A stretch of 64,000 nt of DNA from an uncultured Gemmatimonadales bacterium (GCA_963701965.1 OY969695.1:1152001-1216000); one strand, 5' to 3'. Counted from the first letter of the stretch, positions 49,979-60,464 are shown. The notes: a model not told the origin generated them from the letters alone. Numbers and translations: made by a program.

Positions 49979-50749
49979 CTAGTGAGCCCAGTGCGGCGCC
50001 GTCGTCCATTGCGCGGGGTCGAATAGCGCAGGACTGAGCGGAACGTCGGCCTTGATGTCGGCGTAGTCCTCCAACTGCGAACGCTTCCCATCGCGCAGAA
50101 ACTCGCAGTGCGGCGCAATCCAGCTCTTGCCGATCGGCCGGTACTTCGAGAACTGCGTGTCGATCAGGATCGTGGTCGTGTCGTTCGGCTTGACCGCGAA
50201 AAACTGACGCAGCACCACCAGTCGCTCCGTGTCGATCCACGCCGACGGCGCCGCCTCGTCATCGGTCGTCGTGCCGATCACGTACACCTTCCGGCTGTCC
50301 CACGTCGATTCGTGCACCTTCGAGACGTCGATGCCCAGCTGACGCAGGTCGGCCAACGTCCGATCGACCGGTACGACATACACATCGAACAAGAGCGGAA
50401 TCAGCGGATTGCTGCCCGCGGACGCCTGCTTCAACGCCCCGCCCTTCATACTGTACGTCGAGTCGTGCGTGTAGAGCGTCCCGTTCCCCAAGGACGGACT
50501 GCCGCCGTCAATGCGCAATTTGCCCGGCAACGACGCACTCTCGTACCACGTCATCACCGTGTCCCCGCCCTCTTTCTTCGTGCGCGTCGTCGTCTGCACG
50601 AACGTCAGCGTCTTGAACCACTTCCCCACATACCGATCGTGCATCGCTTGCACGATCTCCGCACCCGTTGGCGTCGCCACCGGACGCGCCGCGGCGCCGA
50701 GCGCCAAGCACGCTATCAATGGAGCCACACCCCGCAACGACACGCCCAT
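49979..50749 (-). CDS. Exported hypothetical protein (LolA-like fold plausible)
   Basis: Signal peptide; MHDRYVGKWFKTLTFVQ, WYE, PGKLRID. Confidence 0.7.
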   Translation of the reverse strand: MGVSLRGVAPLIACLALGAAARPVATPTGAEIVQAMHDRYVGKWFKTLTFVQTTTRTKKEGGDTVMTWYESASLPGKLRIDGGSPSLGNGTLYTHDSTYSMKGGALKQASAGSNPLIPLLFDVYVVPVDRTLADLRQLGIDVSKVHESTWDSRKVYVIGTTTDDEAAPSAWIDTERLVVLRQFFAVKPNDTTTILIDTQFSKYRPIGKSWIAPHCEFLRDGKRSQLEDYADIKADVPLSPALFDPAQWTTAPHWAH

Positions 50750-50752
50750 GGC

Positions 50753-50923
50753 TCAAAACTCCCGCTTTTTCATTTCCTTGAAGAACTTCTTCAGATCCTC
50801 GGTATTCTCCGGCTCCGGCGGCAGCGTCGAGTCGTACTTCGGCGTCACAGCAGGCTTTTTCGGTTGCGACTTCGCCGCGTTCTTCCGCGCCAGCGCCAAC
50901 AGCTTCCGGTCGTCGATACCCAT
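50753..50923 (-). CDS. Small basic protein (56 aa), absent from the ORF track
   Basis: MGIDDRKLLALARKNAAKSQPKKPAVTPKYDSTLPPEPENTEDLKKFFKEMKKREF*; GAGAGGG RBS; ends 3 nt before the next ATG. Confidence 0.7.
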   Translation of the reverse strand: MGIDDRKLLALARKNAAKSQPKKPAVTPKYDSTLPPEPENTEDLKKFFKEMKKREF

Positions 50924-50963
50924 GGCCCTCTCTCGCTACGGTGTCCGATCGCGCGGAAATATA

Positions 50964-51479
50964 TCACTTAATGATCTGCGGTGGTGACGGGGGACCCGGC
51001 GCTTCCGCAACGACGACCCGGGGCTTGAGCATCTTCCGCAAGCGATCCTCGAGTGGCCCGCCCACGATCAAAATGATCAAGGCCAACCCGAGTGCCACGA
51101 TCACCGGGACGTACTCACCGAGCCCGCAGGCGACCCCCACGGCCGCGGCCAGCCAAATGGCGCTGGCCGTGGTCAACCCCTGAATCCGATCCTTCTTCTC
51201 CCCCGATGGATGCAGAATCACGCCGGCGCCCAGAAAGCCAATGCCGGTCACGATACCCTGCACCGTGCGGAGCGCCGGACCGCCGTTCTCGAGCAGCGGC
51301 GCGCCACCCAGACTGGTGTAGACGTACATGGCCGAACCCAAGGCGACCAACGCATGGGTACGCACGCCCGCCGGTTTGTGATGGAGATTGCGGTTGAGAC
51401 CGATGACGGCCCCACCGAACGCCGCGGCGCCAAGGCGCTCGACGGCAGTGGACCACTCGCCCGCCGGCAGAAAGACCAT
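50964..51479 (-). CDS. MgtC/SapB family protein
   Basis: IGLNR...AGVRTHALVALGS, GIVTGIGFLGAGVI, GLTTASAIW. Confidence 0.9.
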   Translation of the reverse strand: MVFLPAGEWSTAVERLGAAAFGGAVIGLNRNLHHKPAGVRTHALVALGSAMYVYTSLGGAPLLENGGPALRTVQGIVTGIGFLGAGVILHPSGEKKDRIQGLTTASAIWLAAAVGVACGLGEYVPVIVALGLALIILIVGGPLEDRLRKMLKPRVVVAEAPGPPSPPQIIK

Positions 51480-51593
51480 GTGATGTGAGGATATAGCCGC
51501 TCCGCCTACCGTGTCAAACGCCCCGAGGCGACTTGACGTCCCGCTAACAGGGCCGGTACCATGCGAGCGCCCTCGCACCTGGAGCCTCCGCCT

Positions 51594-52131
51594 GTGATCC
51601 ACCCGTGGCACGACCTGGCCGTCGGGAAAGATGTGCCACGCGAAGTGTCGGCCGTCATCGAGATCCCGTCCGGCAGCCGTAACAAATATGAGCTGGACAA
51701 AGAGAGCGGCCTGTTCCGCCTCGACCGCGTCCTGTACTCGGCCGTCTACTACCCCGGCGACTACGGATTCATCCCCCGCACGTTGGCCGAGGACGGCGAT
51801 CCGTGCGACATCCTGGTGCTGATCAAAGAACCCACGTTCCCGGGCTGCCGCATCGACGCGCGCCCCATCGGCGTCCTCAAGAATGCTCGACCGCGGCGAA
51901 CCGGACGATAAGATCCTCGCCGTGCCAGCCGAAGACCCGTTCCAAAACGAGTTCTACGACCTGCGCGACATCCCGCCCCATACCCTGCGCGAAATCGCCC
52001 ACTTCTTCGAGATCTATAAGGATCTCGAAGGCAAACGCGTGCACGTGCTGGGCTGGGAGGGCTGCGACGCCGCCTTTGTCGAGATCAACCGCTCCGTCGA
52101 ACGATACACCAATCGAGGCCCCGACCGGTGA
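51594..52131 (+). CDS. ppa: Family I inorganic pyrophosphatase; one extra A near 51882
   Basis: HPWHD, KYELDK, LDRVLY, YGFIPRT, DGDPCD | [21 protein letters not shown]. Confidence 0.92.
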
Positions 52132-52568
52132 AGATCGCCATCGGATCCGACCACGCCGGCTACCGCTACAAGACGCTGATCATCGAATACCTCCGCGCCC
52201 AAGGCCACGAAGTCCGCGACTTCGGCACGGACTCGACGGAACCGGTCGACTACCCGCTCTTCATCCGACCCGTCGCCCTGCACGTCGCCAGCGGCGCCAG
52301 CGAACGCGGCATCGTCCTCGGCGGATCGGGCAACGGCGAAGCCATGGTCGCCAATCGCGTCCGCGGCGTCCGCTGCGCCCTCTGCTGGAGCGTCGAGTCC
52401 GCGCGCCTGGGCCGCCAACACAACGACGCCAACGTGCTGTCGCTGGGTGAACGCCTCGTCCCCGAAACGCTGCTGCTCGACATCGTCTCGACGTGGCTCA
52501 CGACTCCCTTCGAGGGCGGACGCCACCTGCGGCGCATTCTCGAGATCGACGCGCCCGCGCCGGCCTGA
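52128..52568 (+). CDS. rpiB: Ribose-5-phosphate isomerase B
   Basis: IGSDHAG, DYP, GGSGNGE, HNDANVL, FEGGRH. Confidence 0.95.
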   Translation: MKIAIGSDHAGYRYKTLIIEYLRAQGHEVRDFGTDSTEPVDYPLFIRPVALHVASGASERGIVLGGSGNGEAMVANRVRGVRCALCWSVESARLGRQHNDANVLSLGERLVPETLLLDIVSTWLTTPFEGGRHLRRILEIDAPAPA

Positions 52569-52575
52569 CCCGCGC

Positions 52576-53817
52576 CTACGCCAGCGCCGCCAACGCGGCG
52601 ATCCCCCAGGCCATCGTCAAGAGCGTCACCGGCAGCCCCACCGCGAGATAGGCCCCGAACGGCATGGTGACACCGCGCGCCTCGGCGCGCTCGGCGACGA
52701 TCAGATTCGCCATCGAACCGAGCAACGACAGATTGCCGGCGAACGTCGAGCTCATGGCCATGACCAGCCAGATGTACCGGGCGTGCGCGAGCGCCGGCAC
52801 CACCGGACGCCAGATCAACACCGCCGGCACGTTGGAGACGAGATTCGAGAGCACGAGCATCGCCGCGCTGACCGCCGTCGCGTCACCCAACCGGTGCCCG
52901 TGCAAGTGGCCGATAGCCGCCGTCGTCACATCGCGCACCACCGGGACCGGCTCGACTCCCCGCACGATGACGAAGAGCGCGGCGAAAAAGAGAAGGAGCG
53001 GCCACTCGACCCGGTCCAGCGCCGCGCCGGCATCGCGACGCGCCAACAACATGACCACCGACGCGCCGGCAATCGCCACCAGCGGCAGCGACCAACCGGC
53101 GAGCCAACACCCCAGCATCCCGGCAAAGATCGCGAGCGCCAACGCCACCAGCCCGCGATCGAAGGGCGGCACGTCGGGCGCGGCGCGCCCACGCAGCGGC
53201 TCCCGGGACAGCACGCCGCGATACCGCCAGGCCAGCACGCCGTACACGATGCCGAGCCCGCCGAGTGCGGGCAACGCCAGCCGCGACAGGAATACGCCGT
53301 ACGGGATGCCGCTCGACAACCCGATCAGCATGTTCTGCGGATTGCCCGTGATCGCCATGGCGCTCCCGACGTTCGAGGCCATCGCCAAGCCCAGGAGAAA
53401 CGGCAGTGGCGGCAAGCCCAACGGACGCACCGCCGTCAGGATCAGCGGCGTCAACACAATGCACAGCGTGTCGTTCATGAAGAACGCCGACAAGAGACCG
53501 GTCGTCAGCACCACACCGCCCAAGAGACCGCGGGCCGAGCGGGCCCGCGCCACGACGTGCGATGCCGCCCACTCGAAGAAGCCGCCGACTTCGAGGTAGG
53601 CGGCCACGATCAGGACGCCGAGGAGGAACGTCAGCACGTCGAAATCGAGCGCCGCGTACGCATCGCGCAGCGGCAGACCGCCGATCGTCACCATCGCCGC
53701 CGCCCCCGCCAGCGCCGCCGCGGGGCGCGTCAGCCGTAATCCCGGTAGCCGGGGAAACGCGATCGCGAGATACGAAACGACAAAGATGACGAGCCGAACG
53801 ACGTCCAGTCGCGTCAC
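52576..53817 (-). CDS. ArsB/NhaD/CitM-family anion transporter
   Basis: SAFFMND, ASNVGS..ITGNPQN, SNLVSNVP, STFAGNL..GSMANLIV. Confidence 0.88.
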   Translation of the reverse strand: MTRLDVVRLVIFVVSYLAIAFPRLPGLRLTRPAAALAGAAAMVTIGGLPLRDAYAALDFDVLTFLLGVLIVAAYLEVGGFFEWAASHVVARARSARGLLGGVVLTTGLLSAFFMNDTLCIVLTPLILTAVRPLGLPPLPFLLGLAMASNVGSAMAITGNPQNMLIGLSSGIPYGVFLSRLALPALGGLGIVYGVLAWRYRGVLSREPLRGRAAPDVPPFDRGLVALALAIFAGMLGCWLAGWSLPLVAIAGASVVMLLARRDAGAALDRVEWPLLLFFAALFVIVRGVEPVPVVRDVTTAAIGHLHGHRLGDATAVSAAMLVLSNLVSNVPAVLIWRPVVPALAHARYIWLVMAMSSTFAGNLSLLGSMANLIVAERAEARGVTMPFGAYLAVGLPVTLLTMAWGIAALAALA

Positions 53818-54704
53818 GTCGTCCAGCGCGGAAAAGTCCCCAGCAAACGAAAGGAAGTCGCGACCCGGCGAATGGCCGCGACCGCGTCCGTTGCCCGCCC
53901 GTCGTGCCCCGGATGCTCGAACTCCAGGAAAAACTGGTACCGCCATGGATCGCGCGTGGGCCGCGACGCGAGATGACTCACATTGAAGCCGGCAGCCGCC
54001 AGCGGCGCCACCACCGAGAGCAACGCCCCCGCATTGTTCGGCACCGCGAACAACACCGCGGTGCGCGCCGGCGCGCCCGGCACCATCGGCGCGGGCTCGG
54101 CACCGACGGCGACGAATCGCATCATCGTGTCCGGCCGATCCTCAATGTGCGGCACGATCACGTCGAGCCCGAATCGTTCGGCCGCCAGCGGCGCCGCCGC
54201 GGCCGCAATGGCGAGATCGCCACACTCCACCACCGTCCGCGCCGCGCCCGCGGTGTCCCACGCCGGCTCGGCGACGATGTGCCGGTGCGCGTCGAGAAAG
54301 TACGCGCACTGGGCCAGCATGATGGGATGACTCCGCACCGTGCGCACCCGCGCGACGGTGGCACCGCGCAACCCCATCAGACTGAGATGGATGGCGACCA
54401 CCGTCTCGCCGACCACGGACAGCCCGTCGTGCAACGCCAGGAGATCGTAGGCGACGTCGACCCCGCCCACTAACGTGCTCTCGATCGGCACGACCCCGTA
54501 GTCGACGTCGCCGCTTTCGGCCGCGTCCATCACGTCGTCGAACGTTCGCATGGGCACCGGCTCGGCAAGCCCGCGCCAGAGCTGCACCACCGCCTGCTCG
54601 CTAAACGCGCCCGGCTCGCCCTGAAACCCCACCCGCACGCCGGCCCCGACCGGCAAAGGCATCGACTGGGTCTCCGGCAGCGGCGTATGCACGTCGCTAA
54701 TCAA
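53814..54704 (-). CDS. pheA: Prephenate dehydratase with ACT domain
   Basis: FQGEPGAFSE, VPIES, SHP...QC, DTAGAA, C-terminal ACT domain (SRP); start may be 54662. Confidence 0.88.
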   Translation of the reverse strand: MISDVHTPLPETQSMPLPVGAGVRVGFQGEPGAFSEQAVVQLWRGLAEPVPMRTFDDVMDAAESGDVDYGVVPIESTLVGGVDVAYDLLALHDGLSVVGETVVAIHLSLMGLRGATVARVRTVRSHPIMLAQCAYFLDAHRHIVAEPAWDTAGAARTVVECGDLAIAAAAAPLAAERFGLDVIVPHIEDRPDTMMRFVAVGAEPAPMVPGAPARTAVLFAVPNNAGALLSVVAPLAAAGFNVSHLASRPTRDPWRYQFFLEFEHPGHDGRATDAVAAIRRVATSFRLLGTFPRWTT

Positions 54705-54713
54705 ACGCGCGGG

Positions 54714-56612
54714 CTACGCCCGTGGGAGGCCCCCCACGACCGGCGCGTCGAGTGCCCGGCGCACGGCCACCGCGAGCTGCTCGGCCGTGAACGGCTTCTG
54801 CAGCAGGATCGCGTTGGGATCGAGCCCCCCGCGCCGACCGACCTCGTCGCCCGCATACCCGGTCGCGAACAGGACGCGGATGTGCGGCCGTGCCAATCGC
54901 AGCCGCTCCGCCAACGCACGCCCGCCCAAGGTCGGCATCACGACGTCGGTCACCAGCAGATCGATCTCCCCATCCGTCGCCGCCGCGACCAGCAGCGCCT
55001 CGGCGCCGTTCGATGCGTCGAGCACCGTGTACCCGTTCGCCATCAACAGCCCGCGAATCAGCTCGCGCACGGCCGGATCGTCCTCGGCGACCAGGACGGT
55101 CTCCGTCCCGCCCCGCGCCGGCGTGTCGACCAGTGGCTCCTCGACCGCCGAGTCGACATCGGCGACCTCGGGCAGCAGCAGGAGGAACGCCGACCCGTGT
55201 CCCGGCCGGCTCTGCGCCCACACATGACCGCCCGACTGCTGCACGATGCCGTAGACCGTCGCCAACCCGAGCCCCGTCCCGCGCCCGGGATCCTTCGTCG
55301 TGAAAAACGGCTCGAACACGCGCTTCTGCGTCGCCTCGTCCATCCCTATGCCCGTGTCCCGCACTTCCAGCGCCACGAACGCGCCCGGCCGCACCGACGG
55401 ATGCGGCGGCGTGTCGTACGGCCCGACGCGTATCGTCATCGTCTCGATCCGCAGCACGCCGCCGGCGGGCATCGCGTCCCGGGCGTTCACGGCCAGGTTG
55501 ACCAGCACCTGCTCCAGTTGCCCCGGATCGGCGCGCACCCGCCCGACGGTCGGATCGAGCTCCAGCACGATCTCGATGTCCTCGCCGATCAAGCGGCCCA
55601 GCATCGACTCGAGACCCGTGACCACGACGTTGATGTCGAGAAGCCGCGGCTGCAACAGCTGCTTGCGGCTGAACGCCAGGAGTTGGCGCGTCAGCGACGC
55701 CGCGCGCTTGGCCGCGCTCACGATCTCGTTCAACTCCCCGGCGATGTTCGACGTGACGCCCACGGTCTCCAGCAAGAGACCGGAATACGCCGTGATCACC
55801 GTCAGGAGGTTGTTGAAATCGTGGGCGACACCACCCGCCAGCTGGCCGACCGCCTCCATCTTCGACGCCTGGCGCAGCTGCTCCTCGAGCCGCAGCCGCT
55901 CGGTCAGGTCGCGCAGGATGACCGTCGCGATCCGTTCCTGGCCGACGTCGACCCACGACACGGTGACCTCGGCGGGAAAGTCGCTGCCGTCGGCGCGGCG
56001 CACCGTCAGCCGGTCCGAGCAATGCGGCAGCCCGCCGACGAACCGTTCGATCGGCGTCCCGGTGGCCTCGGCCGCGCTGCACCGGAACATCGCTTCCGCC
56101 GCATGGTTGAACACCACGATCCGGCGCGCGCTGTCGACCGAGATGATCGCGTCCATCGCCGAGCCGATGATGCCCGACAGCAATGCCTCGTGCCGCCGTA
56201 CGGCCTCCTCGGCCCGCCGCCGCTCGCGGATGTCCCGGGCCACGATGGCGAACCCCGTGCGCGCCCCGCCATTCGGCCGGCGCACCACGAACGCGTGCAT
56301 CTCCGTGAGGACCGGCTCGCGCGACGTCCATTCCGCGAGGCGCACCTCGCCCCGCCAATGGTCCGTGGACGCCAGGGCGGCCAACATCTCCTCGCCCAGG
56401 CGCGCGTAGTCAGCGGGGACGACGAGTTGGGAAATCGGACGGTGCAGCACCGCGCCTGGCCCGGTCAGACCGATGAGGGCCAACCCCGCCGCGTTGACGT
56501 GCACGATCCGCATTTCGTCATCGGCCAGCGCGACAAAATCTTCACTGGATTCGACAGCCGCCGCCAACACGCGCTGTCGTTCTGCCGCGCTGAATGTCTC
56601 GGTATCGGCCAT
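54714..56612 (-). CDS. PAS-PAS hybrid histidine kinase/response regulator (CckA-like architecture)
   Basis: Two PAS domains, AGGVAHDFNNLL, NARDAM, FFTTK, GTGLGL, C-terminal REC (LVTDVVMP). Confidence 0.92.
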   Translation of the reverse strand: MADTETFSAAERQRVLAAAVESSEDFVALADDEMRIVHVNAAGLALIGLTGPGAVLHRPISQLVVPADYARLGEEMLAALASTDHWRGEVRLAEWTSREPVLTEMHAFVVRRPNGGARTGFAIVARDIRERRRAEEAVRRHEALLSGIIGSAMDAIISVDSARRIVVFNHAAEAMFRCSAAEATGTPIERFVGGLPHCSDRLTVRRADGSDFPAEVTVSWVDVGQERIATVILRDLTERLRLEEQLRQASKMEAVGQLAGGVAHDFNNLLTVITAYSGLLLETVGVTSNIAGELNEIVSAAKRAASLTRQLLAFSRKQLLQPRLLDINVVVTGLESMLGRLIGEDIEIVLELDPTVGRVRADPGQLEQVLVNLAVNARDAMPAGGVLRIETMTIRVGPYDTPPHPSVRPGAFVALEVRDTGIGMDEATQKRVFEPFFTTKDPGRGTGLGLATVYGIVQQSGGHVWAQSRPGHGSAFLLLLPEVADVDSAVEEPLVDTPARGGTETVLVAEDDPAVRELIRGLLMANGYTVLDASNGAEALLVAAATDGEIDLLVTDVVMPTLGGRALAERLRLARPHIRVLFATGYAGDEVGRRGGLDPNAILLQKPFTAEQLAVAVRRALDAPVVGGLPRA

Positions 56613-56750
56613 TCGGACGAGCTCAACCACCGGTCTCTGACGGATCGTGCGTGCGATTCTGCAGACTGATGTTGTCATTGCAATTCGGCAAGTGCCAATA
56701 AGTGAGACACGCGTGGGAACATTGACACCATTTCGCTGGTATACGTGTGA

Positions 56751-57074
56751 ATGCGTGCCTGGCGGCAGTGTCGGCGATGGCTTGGGGTCCTCGCGGGGAT
56801 CACCATGGTGATCGCGCTGGCGCCCCGGAGTGGTTTCGCGTGTCCCAGTGGGTCGCATCACCAGACTCCCAGCCGCCAACACTGCGACGATTCCGGACGC
56901 CAGTCGAGCGACGCGGGGTGCTGCGCCGCAACGGCGTGCAGCGCCACCACCGCCGTCCCGGTGCCCACGGCGATCGCGCCGGCACTCGTAGCCGCCCGTG
57001 CGGCGCTCGCGGCCGACGCCACGATGCCCGCGCTCCCGGCCACAGCGCCCGAGACCCCGCCTCCCCGATCCTGA
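56751..57074 (+). CDS. Small exported Cys/His-rich protein with a Pro-rich C-terminus (DUF2946-like leader)
   Basis: Signal-like N-terminus, CP..SHH....QHC.......GCC...C, ends APETPPPRS. Confidence 0.65.
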   Translation: MRAWRQCRRWLGVLAGITMVIALAPRSGFACPSGSHHQTPSRQHCDDSGRQSSDAGCCAATACSATTAVPVPTAIAPALVAARAALAADATMPALPATAPETPPPRS

Positions 57075-57122
57075 GCCCCCCCAACATCGACGCGTAGGTG
57101 CGTCCGGCGCTCCGGCCGGGTC

Positions 57123-58472
57123 GTGCCGCGCGTCCGGGCTCTAACGACAGGACGTGCAGTGGCACGGCTTTTCGGGTGTGTGGCGCTCGCGTGGAGCTCC
57201 GCTCTCGCGGCGCAGGATACGTCTATGGCCAACATGCCAGGGATGGCGCACGGCACTCACGCCATGGCGCCCGGCCCCCTCGGCATCCCCCAATCGCGCT
57301 TGGGATCGGGCACGTCCTGGCTGCCCGACGCCGCGCCAATGCACGCCGAGCATCTGATGGCCGGCAGCTGGCAGTTCATGCTGCACTACCAGGTGTTCGT
57401 CGACTATGACCGCCAGGTGAGCGACCGGGCGATCGACGGGAACGCCCAGTTGAACAGCATCAACTGGTTCATGGGCATGGCCTCCCACCCGTTGGGGGAC
57501 GGACGCCTGGCATTCCGGGGCATGGTGAGCGCTGAGCCGGCCACCGTGGGCGCGGCCGGCTATCCCCTGCTCCTCCAATCCGGCGAGACGTATCGCGACC
57601 GCCCCATCCACGACCGCCAGCATCCCCACGACCTGTTCATGGAGCTGGCCGCGCTCTACGACGTACCGCTGTCGCACGACCTGGCGCTCCAGCTCTACGC
57701 CGCTCCGGTCGGCGAGCCGGCGGTCGGCCCCCCGGCCTTCCCCCACCGCAGCTCCGCGGCCGCCGATCCGATGGCGCCCCTGGGCCACCATTGGCAGGAC
57801 GCGACGCACGTTACGTTCGGCGTGCTTACCGCTGGACTCTACACGCGCACCGTGAAGCTGGAAGGCTCGGTGTTCAACGGCCGCGAGCCCGACGCCACGC
57901 GCACGAACTTCGATTTCCGCACGCTCGATTCGTACGCGGGGCGCATCACCGTGAACCCCGCCGAGGAATGGAGCGCGAGCGCGTCATACGCCTACCTCAA
58001 GAGCCCGGAGGTGGCCACGCCCAACATCGCGCAGCACCGGATCACGGCGTCCGTCTTGAACGATCATCCCCTGGCGAGCGGCGGCACGTGGTCGACCGCG
58101 CTCATCTACGGCGCGAACCTCGACTCGGATGACCCCCGGCTTTCCAATAGCGTCGACTTGGAGACGACGGTCGATCTCGACGGGCGGAACAGCCTGTTCG
58201 GCCGCGTCGAATACGTCAACAAGAGCGCGGGGGATCTCGCCCTGCCCGGACCGCCTGACGCGCGATTCGACCTGGGAAGCGCCAGTGTCGGATACACGCG
58301 CGACATCGCGCGGCTGGCCGGTATCGCGATGGGCTTGGGCGGCGTGCTGACCCTCGATCTCATCCCGCCATCATTGGTGCCGCACTACGGCACGCGCACG
58401 CCGGGCGGCATCGACGTGTTCCTGCGATTCCGCCCGGCGGACCGTCACCGGCTCACATCGCGGGCGCCTTGA
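57123..58472 (+). CDS. Outer-membrane beta-barrel-like protein with His/Met metal-binding motifs
   Basis: Signal peptide, MPGMAHGTHAM, GSGTSWLP, HDRQHPHDLFMEL, HHWQDATH; start may be GTG 57159. Confidence 0.75.
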   Translation: MPRVRALTTGRAVARLFGCVALAWSSALAAQDTSMANMPGMAHGTHAMAPGPLGIPQSRLGSGTSWLPDAAPMHAEHLMAGSWQFMLHYQVFVDYDRQVSDRAIDGNAQLNSINWFMGMASHPLGDGRLAFRGMVSAEPATVGAAGYPLLLQSGETYRDRPIHDRQHPHDLFMELAALYDVPLSHDLALQLYAAPVGEPAVGPPAFPHRSSAAADPMAPLGHHWQDATHVTFGVLTAGLYTRTVKLEGSVFNGREPDATRTNFDFRTLDSYAGRITVNPAEEWSASASYAYLKSPEVATPNIAQHRITASVLNDHPLASGGTWSTALIYGANLDSDDPRLSNSVDLETTVDLDGRNSLFGRVEYVNKSAGDLALPGPPDARFDLGSASVGYTRDIARLAGIAMGLGGVLTLDLIPPSLVPHYGTRTPGGIDVFLRFRPADRHRLTSRAP

Positions 58473-60363
58473 GATACTGCCCGAACCATTTGATCGTGCG
58501 ATCCTGCAGATCCCGCTGGTGGGCCGGGTCGCGGATGCCGTGCCCTTCGTCCGGATACACGACCAGCTGCGACGTCACGCCATGGCGCGTCAGCCCGCGC
58601 CAGAACTCGTACGACTGCGGCGCCGGACACTCGACGTCGCGCTCGCCGACGATCACGAGGGTCGGCGTGTGCGCTTGCTTGATGTAGTTGATCGGCGAGC
58701 TCTTGGCATAAACGGCAGGATCGTCGTACACCGTCGCGCCGAAATACGGCGTCATCCACTCCGCGATGCCGTTCTCGCCAGTGTAACTCAGCCAATCGGA
58801 GATACCAGCGCCAGCCAGGGCCGCCCGGAATCGATTGGTCTGGGTCACCATCCACATCGTCATGTAGCCGCCATAGCTGTATCCCGTGACGCCCATGCGC
58901 GTACTGTCCACTGGAAATCCGCGCACGATGGTGTCCACGCCCGCGAGTACGTCGCGGCCATCGCCATACCCGAAATCTTTGACATTCGCGCGGGTGAACG
59001 CCTCACCGTGACCGTAGCTCCCGCGCGGATTGGGCTGAAACACGAAATACCCCTCGCGCGAGAAGACGGCGTTGGGCGATCCGTAGGACATCCAGTTGGC
59101 ACCCACCGACGCGGCCGGTCCGCCGTGGATCGACACGATCATCGGATACCGCCTCCCGGGCGTGAAGTCGGCGGGATAGATGAGCCAGCCCTGCACCATG
59201 AACTGGTCGCTCTTCCACTCGACGCTCACAGCCTTGCCCCACCCCGGCGTGACGTGGGCATTCACCCGGGTGAGCGGCGTGAGATGATCGGGCGCGCCGG
59301 TCCACACTTCGGGTGGCGTGTTCATCGACTCGCGCAGCACGGCGATCGTGCGGCCGTCCCGGGCGGCGGAGAGCCCGGGCCCCCGCGTGCCCACGGTCGC
59401 CTGCTCGGCGCCGCGCCACTCCGTGTGCATGGCACCCGTCTGCGCATTCAACGCGTCGATCTCCGTCCCGCCCGGGGACCAGGATGCCACCAGCAGCTGA
59501 CTGCCCGCCCACGCCAGATCGGCCGGAGAGACCGCGGCGCCCGCCGTCAGGTTCCGCGGCGTCCCGCCAGCGGCCGGCACGGTCCAGACGTCGCCGCCGG
59601 TCGAACCCTGGTCGCTCATGATGCCGCCGATATAGGCGATCTGGGAACCATCGGGCGACCAACGGGGCACGGCGATCTGGGTGGTCGGGCGCGCGATCTC
59701 GGTCACCGCGCCGGAGTCGGCGGGCACCGCGTATAACCGGGCGACCCACCAGTTGTTGTTGCCCGAACCCTCGGCCGCGCTCACCACCAGACGGCGGCCG
59801 TCCGGCGACCAGTCGTACTCGTAGACGTAGAGACCGGCGGGCGAGACGACCCGCATCGCGCCCGACGCCAGATCGATCACCGCCAGGTGCTGGCGGTCGA
59901 TGTGGTTGTCGATCTCGCCCGTGTCGCGCGGCGCCGCCTCGGTCGGGCCATTCGCCTGCTCGTCCGGCGACGAGTACAGGATCGCGGCCCGGCGTCCGTC
60001 GGGCGAGAGCCTGAGGTCGTGCACCTCGCCCTTGATGGTCGCGACCAGACGCGGTGTACCGCCGGGCACCGCGACGAGCGCGAGCCCGCCGCCCGTGGTC
60101 AGGTACGCCAACGACCGGCTGTCCGCCGACCACGCCAAGCCGTACGGCATCCCGTCCGGCGGCGCCACCGACTGGACGGCGGACCGCGACTGCCGATCCA
60201 CGACGATCAGGGCGGGACGACTCGCGCCCGCGGTGTCGTCCGGGCTGGGGCCGATCCACGACACGTACCGGCCATCCGGAGAAATCGAGACATCAGCGAA
60301 GCGCCGCAACGTGGGCGGCGCGACGGCGAGTGCAGCAAGTACAAGTAATGGAATGAGCGGCAT
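58453..60363 (-). CDS. S9-family peptidase with beta-propeller
   Basis: WSPDG repeats, HGGP, NPRGSYG, GYSYGG, GERD, YPDEGH. Confidence 0.93.
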   Translation of the reverse strand: MPLIPLLVLAALAVAPPTLRRFADVSISPDGRYVSWIGPSPDDTAGASRPALIVVDRQSRSAVQSVAPPDGMPYGLAWSADSRSLAYLTTGGGLALVAVPGGTPRLVATIKGEVHDLRLSPDGRRAAILYSSPDEQANGPTEAAPRDTGEIDNHIDRQHLAVIDLASGAMRVVSPAGLYVYEYDWSPDGRRLVVSAAEGSGNNNWWVARLYAVPADSGAVTEIARPTTQIAVPRWSPDGSQIAYIGGIMSDQGSTGGDVWTVPAAGGTPRNLTAGAAVSPADLAWAGSQLLVASWSPGGTEIDALNAQTGAMHTEWRGAEQATVGTRGPGLSAARDGRTIAVLRESMNTPPEVWTGAPDHLTPLTRVNAHVTPGWGKAVSVEWKSDQFMVQGWLIYPADFTPGRRYPMIVSIHGGPAASVGANWMSYGSPNAVFSREGYFVFQPNPRGSYGHGEAFTRANVKDFGYGDGRDVLAGVDTIVRGFPVDSTRMGVTGYSYGGYMTMWMVTQTNRFRAALAGAGISDWLSYTGENGIAEWMTPYFGATVYDDPAVYAKSSPINYIKQAHTPTLVIVGERDVECPAPQSYEFWRGLTRHGVTSQLVVYPDEGHGIRDPAHQRDLQDRTIKWFGQYLKAPAM

Positions 60364-60464
60364 GCCTGAATTGTACGTGAGGGAGTCAGCCCGACAGCAG
60401 GCCATGAATAAACGTCATGAACGGACCATCACGGACGTCATGGCGGAGGCCGGTTGGGGAACCG

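Noticed and set aside
51870..51890. Programmed frameshift in ppa
   Set aside because: No slippery heptamer or evident stimulator, and similar single indels are scattered across the window
56676..56698. Sigma-54 promoter for the hybrid kinase (minus strand TGGCAC...TTGC)
   Set aside because: Spacing is 8 nt, not the required 5
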